In this document: piece after piece, positions 12,576 through 25,901 of the stretch
How positions within the stretch are numbered: position 1 is the stretch's first letter
Layout: every line of letters starts with the position of its first letter
Assembly: GCF_006345805.1 (NCBI RefSeq)
Contig: NC_043018.1
Location: 8,184,001-8,248,000 of the forward strand
Length of the DNA stretch: 64,000 bases
Direction: 5' to 3'
DNA from: Octopus sinensis
Taxonomy: Eukaryota
Made by a program: the position numbers and the translations under genes
The notes under the pieces: model-generated
Database searches by the model: none
The model's input: only the letters and a program-made list of their open reading frames with translations
What the model was told of the DNA's origin: nothing

Positions 12576-14800
12576 ATAAATATGTGTATGTTTATATCTC
12601 TTTGCCTTCACATCAGGTGAGAATTGTAAAATACTTGTCTGTTGGTCAAACAGTGTCATTCATTTCCAATACTCTGTGAGAACATGTCTGGCCATGGGGA
12701 AATATTATCTTGCTTGGAAACAGGTGAACGTTGGTGATAGGAAGAGCACCAGACTTCAGAAAATTTACCTTAGTAAACTTAATCCAACCAATGCAAGCAT
12801 GGAAAAGTGGACATGAAAACGGTTACGATAATGACGATGTGCATTGTATAGAGTTGGATTGTAAGGCTGACAGCAAATGTGGAGGCGCTTTCAGTAGGAT
12901 TACCACTTGCAGAACCATCATGGTTGAGAAGTGGAGGAAAGGACGTTTCTGCAAAGTTGGTAAAAATTCTTTGGGCAAAAAGACCAAAAGGATTGTATGT
13001 AATTTGGGTGGTTTGAAAATTTGTGGGCTGATCAAATACTTTTACAGATTCATCATCATCATTATCGTTTAACATCCGTTTTCCATGCTAGCATGGGTTG
13101 GATGGTTTGACCAGGGTCTGGGAAGCCAGGAGGTTGCACCAGGCTCCAGTCTGATCTGGCAGTGTTTCTACAGCTGGATGCCCTTCAGAAAATAAAGTCT
13201 AACTGTTAACCTTTAGTTCTTTTAACTGTTTTATTAAAGATATAATGAATGAAATAGAAAGTAATATTTACCGGAATACAAAGTCTTGGAGTGTTGTTGT
13301 CTTTCCGTGGTTTAACCAGGTGGGAGTTTGTGGTGGAATTACTAAAAAGGAAATTGGAAAACAAAATTATTTAATAAAATGTTTTAACAAAATGATTTCA
13401 AATTTTGGCACAAGGCCAGTAATTTTAGGGGAAGTATTAAGTCAATTAATTGGTCACAGTACTTGATTTGTCCTTTTTTAATCAACTCACTTTTCTCTGG
13501 CCCAGTGGTTAGAGTATCAGGCTCACAATCACGAGATAGTGAGTTCAATTACTGGACTGGGCTGTCTGTTGTGTTCTTGAGCAAGGCACTTTATTTCACA
13601 GTGTTCCAGTTCACTCAAAGCATCATGCTCACAATCATGAGATAGTGAGTTCAGTTCCCAGACTGGGCTGTGTGTTGTGTTCTCGAACAAGATACCTTAT
13701 TTTAGATTGCTCCAGTTCACTCAGCTGTAGAAATGAGTTGGTACGTCATTGGCACCAAGCTGTATCAGCCTTTGCCTTTCCCTTGGATAACATCAGTGGC
13801 ATGGAGAGGAGAGGTTTGTATGCATGGGTGACTGCTAGTCTTCCATAAAAAACCCCTGCTCAAACTTGTGCCTTGGAGGGGAACTTTCTAGGTACAATCC
13901 CATGGTCATTCATAACCAAAGGGGTCTTTTTCTTACCTTTCTCTGAAAGGATAGATATGTTGGCCCTGGCATGTAAAAAGCACCATTACACTCTCAGAGT
14001 GGTTGGCAATAGGAAGGGCATCCAGCTGTAGAAACACTGCCAGATCAGACTGGAGTCTGGTGCAGCCTCTTGGCTTCCCAGACCCCAGTTGAAACCGTCC
14101 AATCCGTGCTAGCACAGAAAACGGACGTTAAATGATGATGATGATGTCACTTGGATTTCTTGGGTATGTCTTGGGTATGCAATCAGTAAACAGTTACATG
14201 AATATATTACAATAACAGCAGCTCTTATCAAGAAAAAGTTGGCAAAAGCAATTCCTAAATGTCTACTTATAATACTGGCATGGGTCGAACAGTTTGACAG
14301 GAATTGGCCAGTCAGAAGACTGCACCAGACTCCTGTGTCTGTTTTGGCATGGTTTTTACGGTTGGATGCCCTTCCTAATGTCAATCACTTTACAGTGGAC
14401 TGGATACTTTTTTATGCGGCACCAGCACCGGCAGAGTCACTAAGCAATTTGCAAGACAAAAACCCTTTGAGAGGGGAGGAGGCATTAATGGAGGTTGTCT
14501 TGTGTCAGATGATGAAAGGTTAGAGTGTGACAGAGAGACAAAAACAGGCATCTTGCTGTAGAGGGGGCAGATGGTTGTCCAATAAAAAAGAAGGGGAAGG
14601 AAGGAGAGAGGGATGGAAGTAGGGCAGGGAGAGAGATCAGGAATGAAAGTGTATGTATACTGTATGTAGAAAGGATTATGTACATGTGCATATAAGAGCC
14701 TGAATATTGTACTTTAAAGGCCAAATATTTTAAGTGCCTGTGTATTATATGTACTAAGGGGATTTTAAGGGTCAAAGGTAAAAATCACTCAGTGACTTAC

Positions 14801-15023
14801 TTCACACGAAGGTCACTAACAATCTGGTGTTGGTTTACTTCCTTATTCATTTGGAATGCTTGATGTTGTCCATTTTTGAAATGTTCCCCTTCTTTCTGTG
14901 ATGCTTCGTTGTCTGAAGATGATGCTGGAGTCTTTTGTCTGTGGCAGTTGCTGACATTGCTGTTGCAACTGTCTTCTGTGTTTGGCTTGGAATACGAGTG
15001 GTCAATAAGTGGAGATGGGATCT
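14801..15023 (-). CDS. THAP-domain protein, exon 3 with DHSY (HCF-1-binding-type) motif
   Basis: cctatcgatAG acceptor in phase 1, matching exon 2. Encodes EIPSPLIDHSYSKPNTEDSCNSN...SDLRV. AA|GTAAGT donor; phase-0 alternatives GAA|GTAAAC and ATT|GTTAGT also exist. Confidence 0.75.
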
Positions 15024-17307
15024 CTATCGATAGGAAAAGATTAAAACAAAAACAGAGAGAACAAAAAAAAAAGATGAATCAATATTTTCTCTGATTGAGA
15101 AGAATTCTGTGAAAATACGTTTTGGTAAATTATCAATCATCATCATCATCGTTTAAATATCAAATGGAAATTGTAGTTACGACACCTGTGCCGGTGGCAC
15201 GTAAAAAACACCATCTGAACGTGGTCGATGCCAGCGCTGCCTTGACTGGCTTCTGTGCCGGTGGCACATGACCTGCTGTGCTTGAGGAGACCTATTGAGT
15301 CAAGTACATAAACATCGAAATAAATATCAAATGGAAATAGCAGTTGTGATACCTGTGCTGGTGGCACATAAAAAGCACCAACCGATTGTGGCCGCTGCTG
15401 GCACCTGTGCCGGTGGCACGTAAAAAGCACCAACTACACTCATGGAGTGGTTGGCGTTAGGAAGGGCATCCAGCTGTAGAAGCACTGCCAGATCAGACTG
15501 GAGCCTGGTGCAGCTTCCTGGCTTCCCAGACCCCAGTCAAACTGTCCAACGCATGCTAGCACGGAAAACGGACGTTAAACGATGATGATGATGATGAGTA
15601 CATGTACAAGAATGAACATAGGATATTTTAACCAACAATCAGCATACAATCACACATACATATACACAGATACAAACATATACACACGCATAAACAGGCT
15701 TCGCTCAGTTTCCAACAATCAAATTTGCTCTCCAGGCTTTTGTGAACCTGGAAACACAGATTTGTGAAGTGAATGTCCTAACTACAAAGACATGCTGTTA
15801 TGTTTGAGCCTTAAATGTGTTGGGATTCAGTCGGATGGAAATGTAACAGCAGTGTATCATTTCATCTTTTACAATTATTTTTACTATCTTATGAAAATCA
15901 AAATCAAAATGAAAATGAAAATCAAATGGAAATTGTAGTTAAGATACCCGTGCCGGTGACATGCTAAAAGCACCGTCCGAACGTGGCAGTTGCCAGTGCC
16001 GCCTGACTGGCGTTCTTGTCGGTGACATGTGAAAAGCACCAACTGATCGTGGCCGTTTGCCAGCCTCATCTGACCCCTGTGCTGGTGGCACATAAAAAGC
16101 ACCCACTACACTCAGAGAGTGGTTGGCGTTAGGAAGGGCATCCAGCTGTAGAAACACTGCCAGATCAGACTGGAGCCTGGTGCAGCCTCCATGGCTTCCC
16201 AGACCCCCAGTCGAACTGTCCAACCCCTGCTAGCAAGGAAAATAGACGTTCAACGATGATGATGATCTTATATGACTCAATAATGGGTAGGGGACGTTTT
16301 GTCATCCCTGATTTCTTGTTGACTTAATTGACGCCAGACATTTTAATGTCTTTCTCTCTCCCTTCCTCCTCCATGTCTTCTCTCTCTGTTTATGTATGTG
16401 AGCAGATTTCTCTTCTTGTGTATGAGGAGAGGGAAAAATAATTATACTAATTGTGTTAAATTAACACTTTAGCATTTAAGCTGGCCTTATCCAGCCCATA
16501 TATGCTCCCTATTATATCTTCAAACTGATCAGACCCTGGCAACAAGGTAAAGCAAGATTAATCCAGAACAATGGGAATAGATAAGCATTTGACAGAGTCA
16601 ACCTGATGTCTTGCAAACAACTTGCACATGCAAGTGCTACCAGTCAAAAACTCCGCATGCCGGAAGCCAGCAAGTGTATGGGGTCATCAGGAGAGAATGC
16701 GTGCCGTTTTGGGGCCTACCTCTCGATGGCATCAATGCGCACCGGCACCCCTCACTGATATGAGGCCCCGCCTGCTAGATCAATTGGTTATCAAATAAAG
16801 CTCAATATCCTTCTAGCCATCGCTCATCGTCTCTTTTTAACCAAATCCAGTGGTTAGCCTTTTCCACTGTAGTTTGGATATCGGTCATGGTGGTATTGAC
16901 TTTACGATGAGTTAGGCCTAACGATAACAACAGTCGTCTCACACTGTGTCCAACGAACCCTCTACATCCGACTTTGATCGGAAAATGTTACGCTTTCCAG
17001 CCTGCATCTTCACATTCCTTGAGGAGGTTTATATAACGGTCGAACTTTCGAGCTAAAGGGTTAATAAATTGTAAAGGGTTTCTCTCGCTCTCTTTGTCTC
17101 CCTGTCACTCATTCTTTCTATCTGCATGTGTGATTGCTTTCAGTGCCAAAAAAGTACAGTTGTCATCAAAACAGGCTGAATGTCCAGTCAACCATGTCAA
17201 ACCATCTGCATCCAAGCAGCAGCACCAAATTGTCTCGTTCCGCTTAATAACTGGGTGGTGAGAGTTGACAGTGACATAAGCAAGATTGAGACATACGTTG
17301 ATCTTAC

Positions 17308-17576
17308 CTGTTTGGTGTTTTAAGGCAAATTGCGTGGAATCATTGTTTTTTTTTCTCTTCATGGCCTTGTGAGAAGTTAACGAGGTCTTTAGAGTGTAGC
17401 CTGGTATATTGAAAAGTGTTGGCACAGCATTCCATTTCAATCTGTTCTTTGTTAGTTTGTTTGAAAACTGATCATCTTCAAAGTGGTCAGCACAGATGTG
17501 GCAATTGTGATTAAGATAAAGAGGGCTTTTGTCGAGCAAATCATCTCTACAAGTATTCTGAACCCATTGTTGGCAC
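17308..17576 (-). CDS. THAP-domain protein, exon 2 (C-terminal half of the THAP finger)
   Basis: ttttcAG acceptor and G|GTAAGA donor. Encodes CQQWVQNTCRDDLLDKSPLYLNHNCHICADHFEDDQFSNKLTKNRLKWNAVPTLF, with the conserved W, CxxHF and AVPTLF of THAP (THAP12/PRKRIR-like), then a basic KRKK. Confidence 0.93.
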
Positions 17577-17710
17577 CTGAAAATAACAGGAAAAAAAAAC
17601 TTGTTTTTATTATCATCATTTAACATCTGTTTCGCATGTTGGCTTGAGATGGATGGTTTGACAGGAGCTAGCAAGACAGAGGACTGCTCCAAGCTCCAAT
17701 ATCTGCTCTG

Positions 17711-18120
17711 GGATCTTTTCGGTTTGAACGGCAGTTTTTTATAGCGGTGTCATATGAAATTGTCACCCATAATTATGACCCTAGTATCGATCTATTGCAT
17801 TTCAATTTGTTTTAGGGTTAGGGGTGGGGGGAAAGGGTATCTTTTTTTCTTCACAAATGTAAATAAACCCAATCTGTTTCTTAAACGAGGGACCGATTCA
17901 TACGGCACAATGATTTTTACCCCAATAGACGTCAGTGATTGGTTGAAATTGCAGAAATTGAAGGAAAAAAACAACAAATATCTTACAAACCATAGAAATT
18001 TCTCAATAAAGCCAAGAGAAAATGATGTTTTATAAACACATTCTACCAGTATACGAAGTTTAAAATTTTTTAGTTATCTAGAAATTATGTTAAAAATTGC
18101 TGTTCAAACCGAAAATATCC
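17711..18120. mobile_element. MITE with ~30-bp TIRs starting GG and an 8-bp TSD (Merlin-like by terminal signature)
   Basis: GGATCTTTTCGGTTTGAACGGCAGTTTTT ... AAAAATTGCTGTTCAAACCGAAAATATCC. CTGCTCTG is duplicated at 17703-17710 and 18121-18128. It is inserted in a family C copy. Confidence 0.8.
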
Positions 18121-18826
18121 CTGCTCTGGCATGGTTTCAATGGATAGATGTCCTTCCTAGGGCCAAACACTTCACAGAGTGTACTGAGTACATTTCTTTT
18201 TGGTGTAGCACCAGCACTAATGAAATAGGTAATGCGCAAGACAAGACATCTCAATATTAAGGGAGGTGGCTTTGTGCCAGGTGATGAAGGATAGAAACAG
18301 GTATTTTGTTGTATGGAAGATAGATGGTTGTGTTGGAAGAAGAGGATATCGGTGAAGATGTACCAGGGTGTGCCTTTAAGTTACAGGAAGGTGAACCTAA
18401 GAGAAGTGGTATGAGTAGGTAAACAAGTTCACGGGAGCATGAGAAGCAAGTGTCAGTGCAATTAGTATTTGATCTATTTATAAGCATAAATATTCTAACC
18501 CCTAAAAAAAAAAATTAAATAAAAGCTCCAAATAAGTCAGATGAGGACTATAGTTTATTGAGGGGTGCAGATGTGACTGGACATATGCCCTTCTTTGCTG
18601 TAAATTTGAAGAACACAAAATTCTTACAAAACTACCAAAATAATTGCATATAATTCAAGAATAAAAATATTTTTTAAATACCACAGTAATTTGTTATTGG
18701 ATATTTAACAGAACTTTTAACCCAGTTTTTAGATTTTAAATGCAAGAAATTTAAAAACACGTGTTTTCACATCAATTGTGTTAAATTTCTAAGCGAATTT
18801 TTCTGAAAAAATTGGTTTGAACTTAC

Positions 18827-18936
18827 CTCTCTTTATTCTTTGGAAATCTGAAGAAAGACAAATCAGGTCGCTTGGATTGACGATTGGAGCAATTAATTGC
18901 AGAACAATGATTGTGAGATAATGAATGTGAAGTCAT
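18827..18936 (-). CDS. THAP-domain protein, first coding exon
   Basis: ATG at 18936. Encodes MTSHSLSHNHCSAINCSNRQSKRPDLSFFRFPKNKE(R), with the CxxxxC and FFRFP motifs of THAP. AG|GTAAGT donor, phase 2 matching exon 2. Confidence 0.92.
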
Positions 18937-19384
18937 TATGTTATACAGTACTGGATCTGATTTCCAAGAATCCAGGAATACTGTGTAATCTCTTGCAATA
19001 TACCGGTACCCTATATTGAATTAACAAACCCTGCTTTTGGTTAATTTGCAGACAGTTTGTTAAAAACTGTTTTTTCCTTTACTTTTTAAAAAGTAGATTG
19101 GTAAAGATTAACACATACTGATTTAGAATTGCATTAAATTATACATGTAACTATCAAATAAATTCATGTTTTTTTTTTACTTTTCTTAGTTTAATTTTCG
19201 TATGATATATATTAAGAATTTTAAGTAGGTTAATGGGGGTCAAATAAATCCTGCTTTAAAACTAGAATCTGTTAAATACAGTTTGTTCCTTTACTTTTCG
19301 TAGTTTACTTTATATTTTAAGCAAATATTTATACTGTGTGCAGAAACCCATAAAAAAAATAGAAATCCTGGGCATCTCTGATCC

Positions 19385-19618
19385 CCCAAATGCCGGATGA
19401 TTGGTCGGTACCGTGCTTAAATCAAGCAAATTGCCCGCTAAGATGGCCGACGTAGGCACAGGCAGCGGATACAGCAGTGGGTCGGACGAGTTACATACCT
19501 TAGTTAAAACACTACCATTTTGCTTTGAATGACTTCCGGTGGAAATACGTGGCAAATCGAGTGCGGCTGCGCACACCTTGCGTCCTCACTATCGACTTCC
19601 GGTCCCTTGTCAGCCAAG
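19385..19618. promoter_or_regulatory. CpG-rich bidirectional promoter between the THAP and TMED genes
   Basis: Local CpG-rich island. ATTGG (reverse CCAAT) at 19400, YY1-type AAGATGGCCG at 19440-19449, and two ETS/GABP-type ACTTCCGG at 19532 and 19595. The divergent ATGs are 683 bp apart. Confidence 0.7.
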
Positions 19619-19796
19619 ATGTCAACGTGGAGCTTGTTCGATTCCAACCACAAAATGTTTTCCTTTCACCACCTTCTGCTACTGGTTTGCTGTTGGTGTT
19701 ATTTTGCGACTTTCTCAGATGCCTTATTTTTCCATATTAAGGAAACCGAAAAAAAATGCTTCATAGAAGAATTGCCGGACGAAACGATGGTTGTCG
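19619..19796 (+). CDS. TMED9: p24-alpha cargo receptor (TMED4/TMED9-like), exon 1: signal peptide and GOLD start (alternative ATG at 19655)
   Basis: [59 protein letters not shown](G), with the family motif [17 protein letters not shown]|GTAAGT donor, phase 1. Co-orthology to TMED4/TMED9 is likely; the symbol is approximate. Confidence 0.95.
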
Positions 19797-19868
19797 GTAA
19801 GTGGCAGAATATCTTCTCCACCCACAACTGTGTACATTATATATATATACATACAAGCATATATACAC

Positions 19869-19908
<40 letters not shown>

Positions 19909-20617
19909 CACACGTTTTATCTTTATGTATGTGATATATATATACATACATACATTACGTATATCTATATACTTTCATATGTGCACATATGAAAGTATAT
20001 AGATATACGTAATGTATATGTGTGTATATATATATATATATCACATACATAAAGATAAAATGTGTTTATGCGTATATATATATATATATAAACACATTTT
20101 ATCTTTATGTATGTGATATGTATATATATATATATGTATATATATGTGATATGTATATATATATGTGATATGTATATATATATGTGATATGTATATATAA
20201 ATATGTGATATATGTGTGTGTGTGTGATTATATATATAAACACATTTTATCTTTATGTATGTGATATATATATATATGTATACACACATGCATTACGTTT
20301 ATCTATATACTTTCATATGTGCATCTATTTATCAAATGTATAGAGGCTGTGATAATTTTGGAATGATTAATTAATGACTTCTACGCTTTTTCGACTTCCT
20401 CGTTTATTTTACAAATACTTCACACTTTATTTATTCTTCCTTCTGTAATGTTTCTCTCTCTTTCCATCCGCCTACAATTTTCTCATCTATTTCGTCCTCC
20501 CAGTCTCTTGTCTATCAACATCGTCTAAATATATGTCTGCTCAGCTGTTTATCTTTCTATCTATACATATTTTGTCCCGATTTACACATCACCTTCGTTG
20601 AATATATACATGTATGC

Positions 20618-20654
<37 letters not shown>

Positions 20655-20669
<15 letters not shown>

Positions 20670-21190
20670 ACACATTACGCTCTATATAGTGTATGTATAC
20701 ATAGTCACATATATATATATATATGTATGTATGTATGTATACACATTACGCTCTATATAGTGTATGTATACATAGTCACATATATATATATATGTATGTA
20801 TGTATGTATACACATTACGCTCTATATAGTGTATGTATACATAGTCACATATATATATATGTATGTATGTATGTATACACATTACGCTCTATATAGTGTA
20901 TGTATACATAGTCACATATATATATATATATATGTATGTATGTATACACATTACGCTCTATATAGTGTATGTATACATAGTCACATATATATATATATAT
21001 ATGTATGTATGTATACACATTACGCTCTATATAGTGTATGTATACATAGTCACATATATATATAAATGTATGTATACACATACATTACGTACTATATAGT
21101 TTATGTATACATAGTCACACATATATATATACAAATGTATGTATACATATACATTACGCACTATATAGTGTATATATACATAGTCACATA
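20655..21190. repeat. ~60-bp minisatellite (about 9 units) built from microsatellite segments
   Basis: Repeated GTATGTATACACATTACGCTCTATATAGTGTATGTATACATAGTCACATATATA with variable (TA)n. Confidence 0.9.
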
Positions 21191-22318
21191 TGTGTCTGTG
21201 TGATACTGTTTGTGTGTATATGCAGTTATAAAAACAGACGTTTATGTACCTGTCTTCGTCTTTTGTTTTCTGTTAATTTGGAATATATATACACCCACTT
21301 ATCTATCCTTCAACACACAAATATATAGGTGGGTGTTAACCTTCAAATGCATATATTACATTTTGTATGTGCATATGAACAGGTGTTTCTCCGTGTACAC
21401 GTATGTATGTGTGTGTGTATGTATAAAGATGATCTGAGTACTGTGTTTGTAATCAATCTATTACACCTGGCAAAAAAAAAACCGGCTTGTCCAATTTATG
21501 TGCAGAGGATAGGTTAGAAATAGAAGCTTGGTGCTTATTTTATTGGTCCCTTTTGCCCAACCGCCTAGTTAACAGGATGTAAACACAACACCGCCGGTTA
21601 TCAGGTGGTTGTGGGGCACATCCTCAGACACAAAAACACTCAAACACATAGATACGACGGGCTTCTTTCAGTGTCCGTCCACCACATCCATTCACAAGGC
21701 TTTGGTCAGCCCAAAGCTAAAGTAGAAGTAGCCCTAGGCTAAAGTAGAAGACACTTGCACGCAGTGGGACTGAACCCGGAATCATATAGTTGGGAAGCAA
21801 ACTTCTTACCACACAGCCACGTCTATATACATATATATATTTCTTTACTAACCACAAGGGAACAAACAAGGACAGACAAACAGATTAAGTCGATTACATC
21901 GACCCCAGTGCGTAACTGGTACTTAATTTATCGACCCCGAAAGGATGAAAGGCAAAGTCGGCTTCGGCAGAATTTTAAGCTCAGAACACGTCTATATATA
22001 TACATACACACGCACAAATGATCGGAAGTAGTTACACCTGTTGTTTAGCCCTAGGTTAGCTCTGTGCCGCTTATGATCAGTGGTTTTCCAACCGTGGCAC
22101 ATCATTTTTTTTTTTTTTTGCCTGTCCTACTACGCAGTTGAAGGTATCCTTCCCTTTTTATGACAGCACAGTGTGACCTGAAGGTGAATTAGCTGCTATG
22201 TCTAATAGCGATCGCGAGGAAGTAGCTTACTGCTTCCCGTGCAGTTTACGCCGGACCAGTAGACCTGTTATGATCCACGTATGCCAATCATGACCATCCC
22301 TTCTTTAATGACTTAGAA

Positions 22319-22575
22319 CAGTGGTTCTCAAATTGGGTGGTATTGCACACACACCCCCGGGGGGGGGCCGTGAAAAGTTCCAAGGGGGTGTTGAAGAAAA
22401 GTGGGGTGATAATAGGGGTCGTGATTCATGTAAAAACAACAAAATAATGAGTTGATATTAGGTTAAGTTTGCTTTGAATTTGCTTCAGAAAGGGGTCCAT
22501 GCTTGGAATGGGGGCACTAGGAATGTGGCCTGGATGTCAAGGGGGCAGCAGCCCTTAAATGTTTGGGAACCACCG
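22319..22575. mobile_element. hAT(Charlie)-type MITE
   Basis: Termini CAGTGGTTCTCAAA ... TTTGGGAACCACCG, flanked by ACTTAGAA and ACTTAGGG (6/8 match to an 8-bp TSD). Confidence 0.6.
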
Positions 22576-23998
22576 ACTTAGGGGTATTTAACTTTAAATT
22601 TTGTGTTTTTATATCTAAAGACGGTATGAATTGAAGATTTAGCTGCTCTTTTTAGCGATGTACATGTTTCCTACTGTCGTTGTTCATTCCCAAGGCGACT
22701 CTGTTTCAGCAAATCAAAGGCGTTCTAGCCATGATCATCCCGTCATATTTTCAAACTGTTTGGGCGACCTTATCTCACGTGTACCATTTTAAAAGATGAT
22801 TGTGTTATTTGAAGATTCAGCCCATGGGTTTATAGCAGATCATGTCTTGTCGCTTCCTGGCAATTATTGTAGGGATTTTTTTCTTGTCCCCACAAAGGTA
22901 AATCCCCTCAGCAGTTGGAATCCGCGAGTCTGCTTTCCATTTTCCCTTTCGCTGCCATTTCATTTTCCATTTACTTCGCTAATGTCCTTCAGGGAGAAGA
23001 AGAAAAAGATCCACATATGTTAACACAATTTTAACCCGAAACCTTATGGCCATGAAAAAAAAAAAAAAACTTTAATTTACTTATTTCCCCCCCATTCTAT
23101 CTTTTTATTTTCTCCCTAGTCTATTAGTGGACGTGTTATTTTGATAGTTATTGTTCACCTAACCCCTTGTTTTTTGTTTGTTATTGGGTAAAATATAGAA
23201 TTTGAGGGAGACTGGGAATGGTCCACGTCGAGAGCTTTTAGAACGTAGGGGGAGGAGGATCTGTGGGAGAATTCATTAAATTTAATTGTGAGGTCAGAGG
23301 GAGAGAGGGATGCGTTATGAGGACAGAATGGTGGTGGTGGAGAGAGAAGTGAGGGAATTATTTTTTTTCCGGTTGATAAAAAACCCTCCTCTTTTTCCGC
23401 ACCATCCGCTACCATTCTGTTTTGGATTTAACATTTTTCAGTTTATAAAAAAATAAGGTCATGCTATTACCCCCCCCCCCCCCCCTCCTTCTACACGAAT
23501 CGTTAGAGCATCCGGAAAAAATAATAGCTTAATAGCTTGCAATATTTGTCCTGGCTCCTTGCCAAGGTCAACTTCGCTTTTCTTCCCTCCAGGGTCGGTA
23601 AAATAATGTACCAGTCAAGTACTGGTGCGGAAGTATAATCGACTGACTTCCTCCCACAAAATATGAGGCTTCGTGTCTTTGTCAGAAATAATTACATAGC
23701 TACACGTCAGCCCCCGGTCCAGCTGTGACAATCTCGTCTCTCAGTCAGATGCAGTGTGTCTGGGATTTTAGTTTCGAATACTCTTTACTCTTTTACTTGT
23801 TTCAGTCATTTGACTGCGGCCATGCTGGAGCACCGCCTTTAGTCGAGCAACTCGATCCCGGGACTTATTCTTTTGTAAGCCCAGTACTTATTCTATCGGT
23901 CTCTTTTGCCGAACCGCTAAGTAACGGGGACATAAACACACGAGCATCGGCTGTCAAGCAATGCTAGGGGGACAAACACATACACACAAACACACACA

Positions 23999-24051
<53 letters not shown>

Positions 24052-25514
24052 GACGGGCTTCTTTCAGTTTCCGTCTACCAAATCCACTCACAAGGCTTTG
24101 GTCGGCCCGAGGCTATAGTAGAAGACACTTGCCCATGGTGCCGCGCAGTGGGACTGAACCCGGAACCATATGGTTGGTAAACAAGCTACTTACCACACAG
24201 CCACTCCTACCTTTTTTTTTTTGTTGTTGTTCTTATTTCTAGCCTCCTGCTGTCATGTTTTATAAATAAAAAAGTTATTAGTTAAACAGATTCGTAATAT
24301 TAGTTCCATTGAGATAAGCATTAATAAATGTCAATTTCGGCCGCGAATTCGAATGGGGGAACATAGTCTTGGTTCAACTCCTGTTCTACGGAAACCGAAA
24401 TCTACCCGTGATCCGCAAGTGACTTTCTTGGACAGATCCGGAGTTCTTTTTCCTTCTGGTACTTTACCCCTTTACACTTAAGCGCTATATATTTGTGTTT
24501 AACCTATGCGTTGTGGGTTCTCTGTATATCAGTAAACAGAACCCCATCGGTTTCGACTACGAGCAACATTCACTCCGATCAGCTGAACTTGATTTCATTG
24601 CGTGGACTTTTAACTCTTTGCCTCTTCTAACCAGTTTCATAATTTTGTCCCTCAACGTCCATACTTGTTTTCAGACTTTTAGTCAGCCCTTGTTTCATTC
24701 TGAGTAATATAAAACTTGGGAATGTGTATCAGATACGATGTATGGATGCCGGGCAAATATGGTTTGTGTATCACATAGGATACACAGCAGGAGAGATAAA
24801 GAAAAAAAAAAAAAAACGGGTAGCATACATTCTCAACTAGAATCAGCGTGATACTATATGGATACAGTTAAACCTTTCACTTGGGTTTTCAATCCACCCG
24901 AAGGGCTTCCAATCTGTTTTCATCTGTGCAGTGGAATCATACCCAAAAAACTTGTGATTTACAAAACGAATTTCCTTATCGTTCGACTACGTTGCGTCTA
25001 CTGCAAACAGTCTCTTAAGGCCCTTCTACACAATGTGTTTATGAGGTCAATCTTTCATCGAAATACGCTATTTAAAACGAAAAGCAATAAATGTAATTTG
25101 TTCTTTTGGTTTATAGTACCATATACAAATTAAACCCCTTTAGTAGTGTCAATGGTGTTGGTGAAATCCCACGCTCAATTATTCAATGTTTTTTTTTGTT
25201 TTTTTAATGTGCAATTTTATGAGTGTTTTACGAGCCATCGTCTAATTAGTTAAGTTGTATTGTAGTTTCTTGTTTAGCCTCTTTATTCATTCCCATTCTG
25301 GGTACTTGACTGACTGGTAGCGAGTTGGACGAGAGAGAGAAAGTAAAAGTTGTGAACCAACGGGTACGGGCCAGAACAATTAAGCAGATGATTTCTTTCC
25401 ACACGATAACCGCTTTATGAACGTAAATAGTCGTACTAATCGTTTAGGTCACTCCTCTTCCAACTGTTATCCAATTGTTTCTTTTTTTTTTTTAATTGCC
25501 TAATATATTAAAGA

Positions 25515-25901
25515 CTAGCAGTATCGCCCGGCGTTGCTCGGGTTTGTAAGGGAAATAACTATATAAGCATTTTTAGAGAGTTATAGCAAAAAAATGCATT
25601 AAAAATGTGAAAAAAATGATGGTAAATTTTTTTTTAAATCGTTGACTCATCGTAGACATTTTTAGAGAGTTACTTCCCTTATATAATTGCGAAAAAATGC
25701 ATTAAGATGGAAAAAAATTATGGTAAATTTTTTTTTAAATCGTAGACTCATCGTAGACGCGCGCTAATACCCAGAAGGGCTCGATATGAATCACGACTAT
25801 AAGATACACGGTTTTGGTTAAACTGCACCGCAAAATGTGGGAGTAGTTAGGAATCTAAATCGTAGGAGACGGACACACAACTTGACTTTTATATGTAAAG
25901 A
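25515..25901 (-). mobile_element. Non-autonomous Helitron
   Basis: On the minus strand A|TCTTTACATATAAAAG ... CCCGAGCAACGCCGGG hairpin ... CTAG|T. Contains an internal direct duplication; no TSD. Confidence 0.75.

Noticed and set aside
13496-13700. Possible tRNA genes (also 55313 and the SINE heads)
   Set aside because: A/B-box-like heads run into SINE bodies and I could not form a full cloverleaf.
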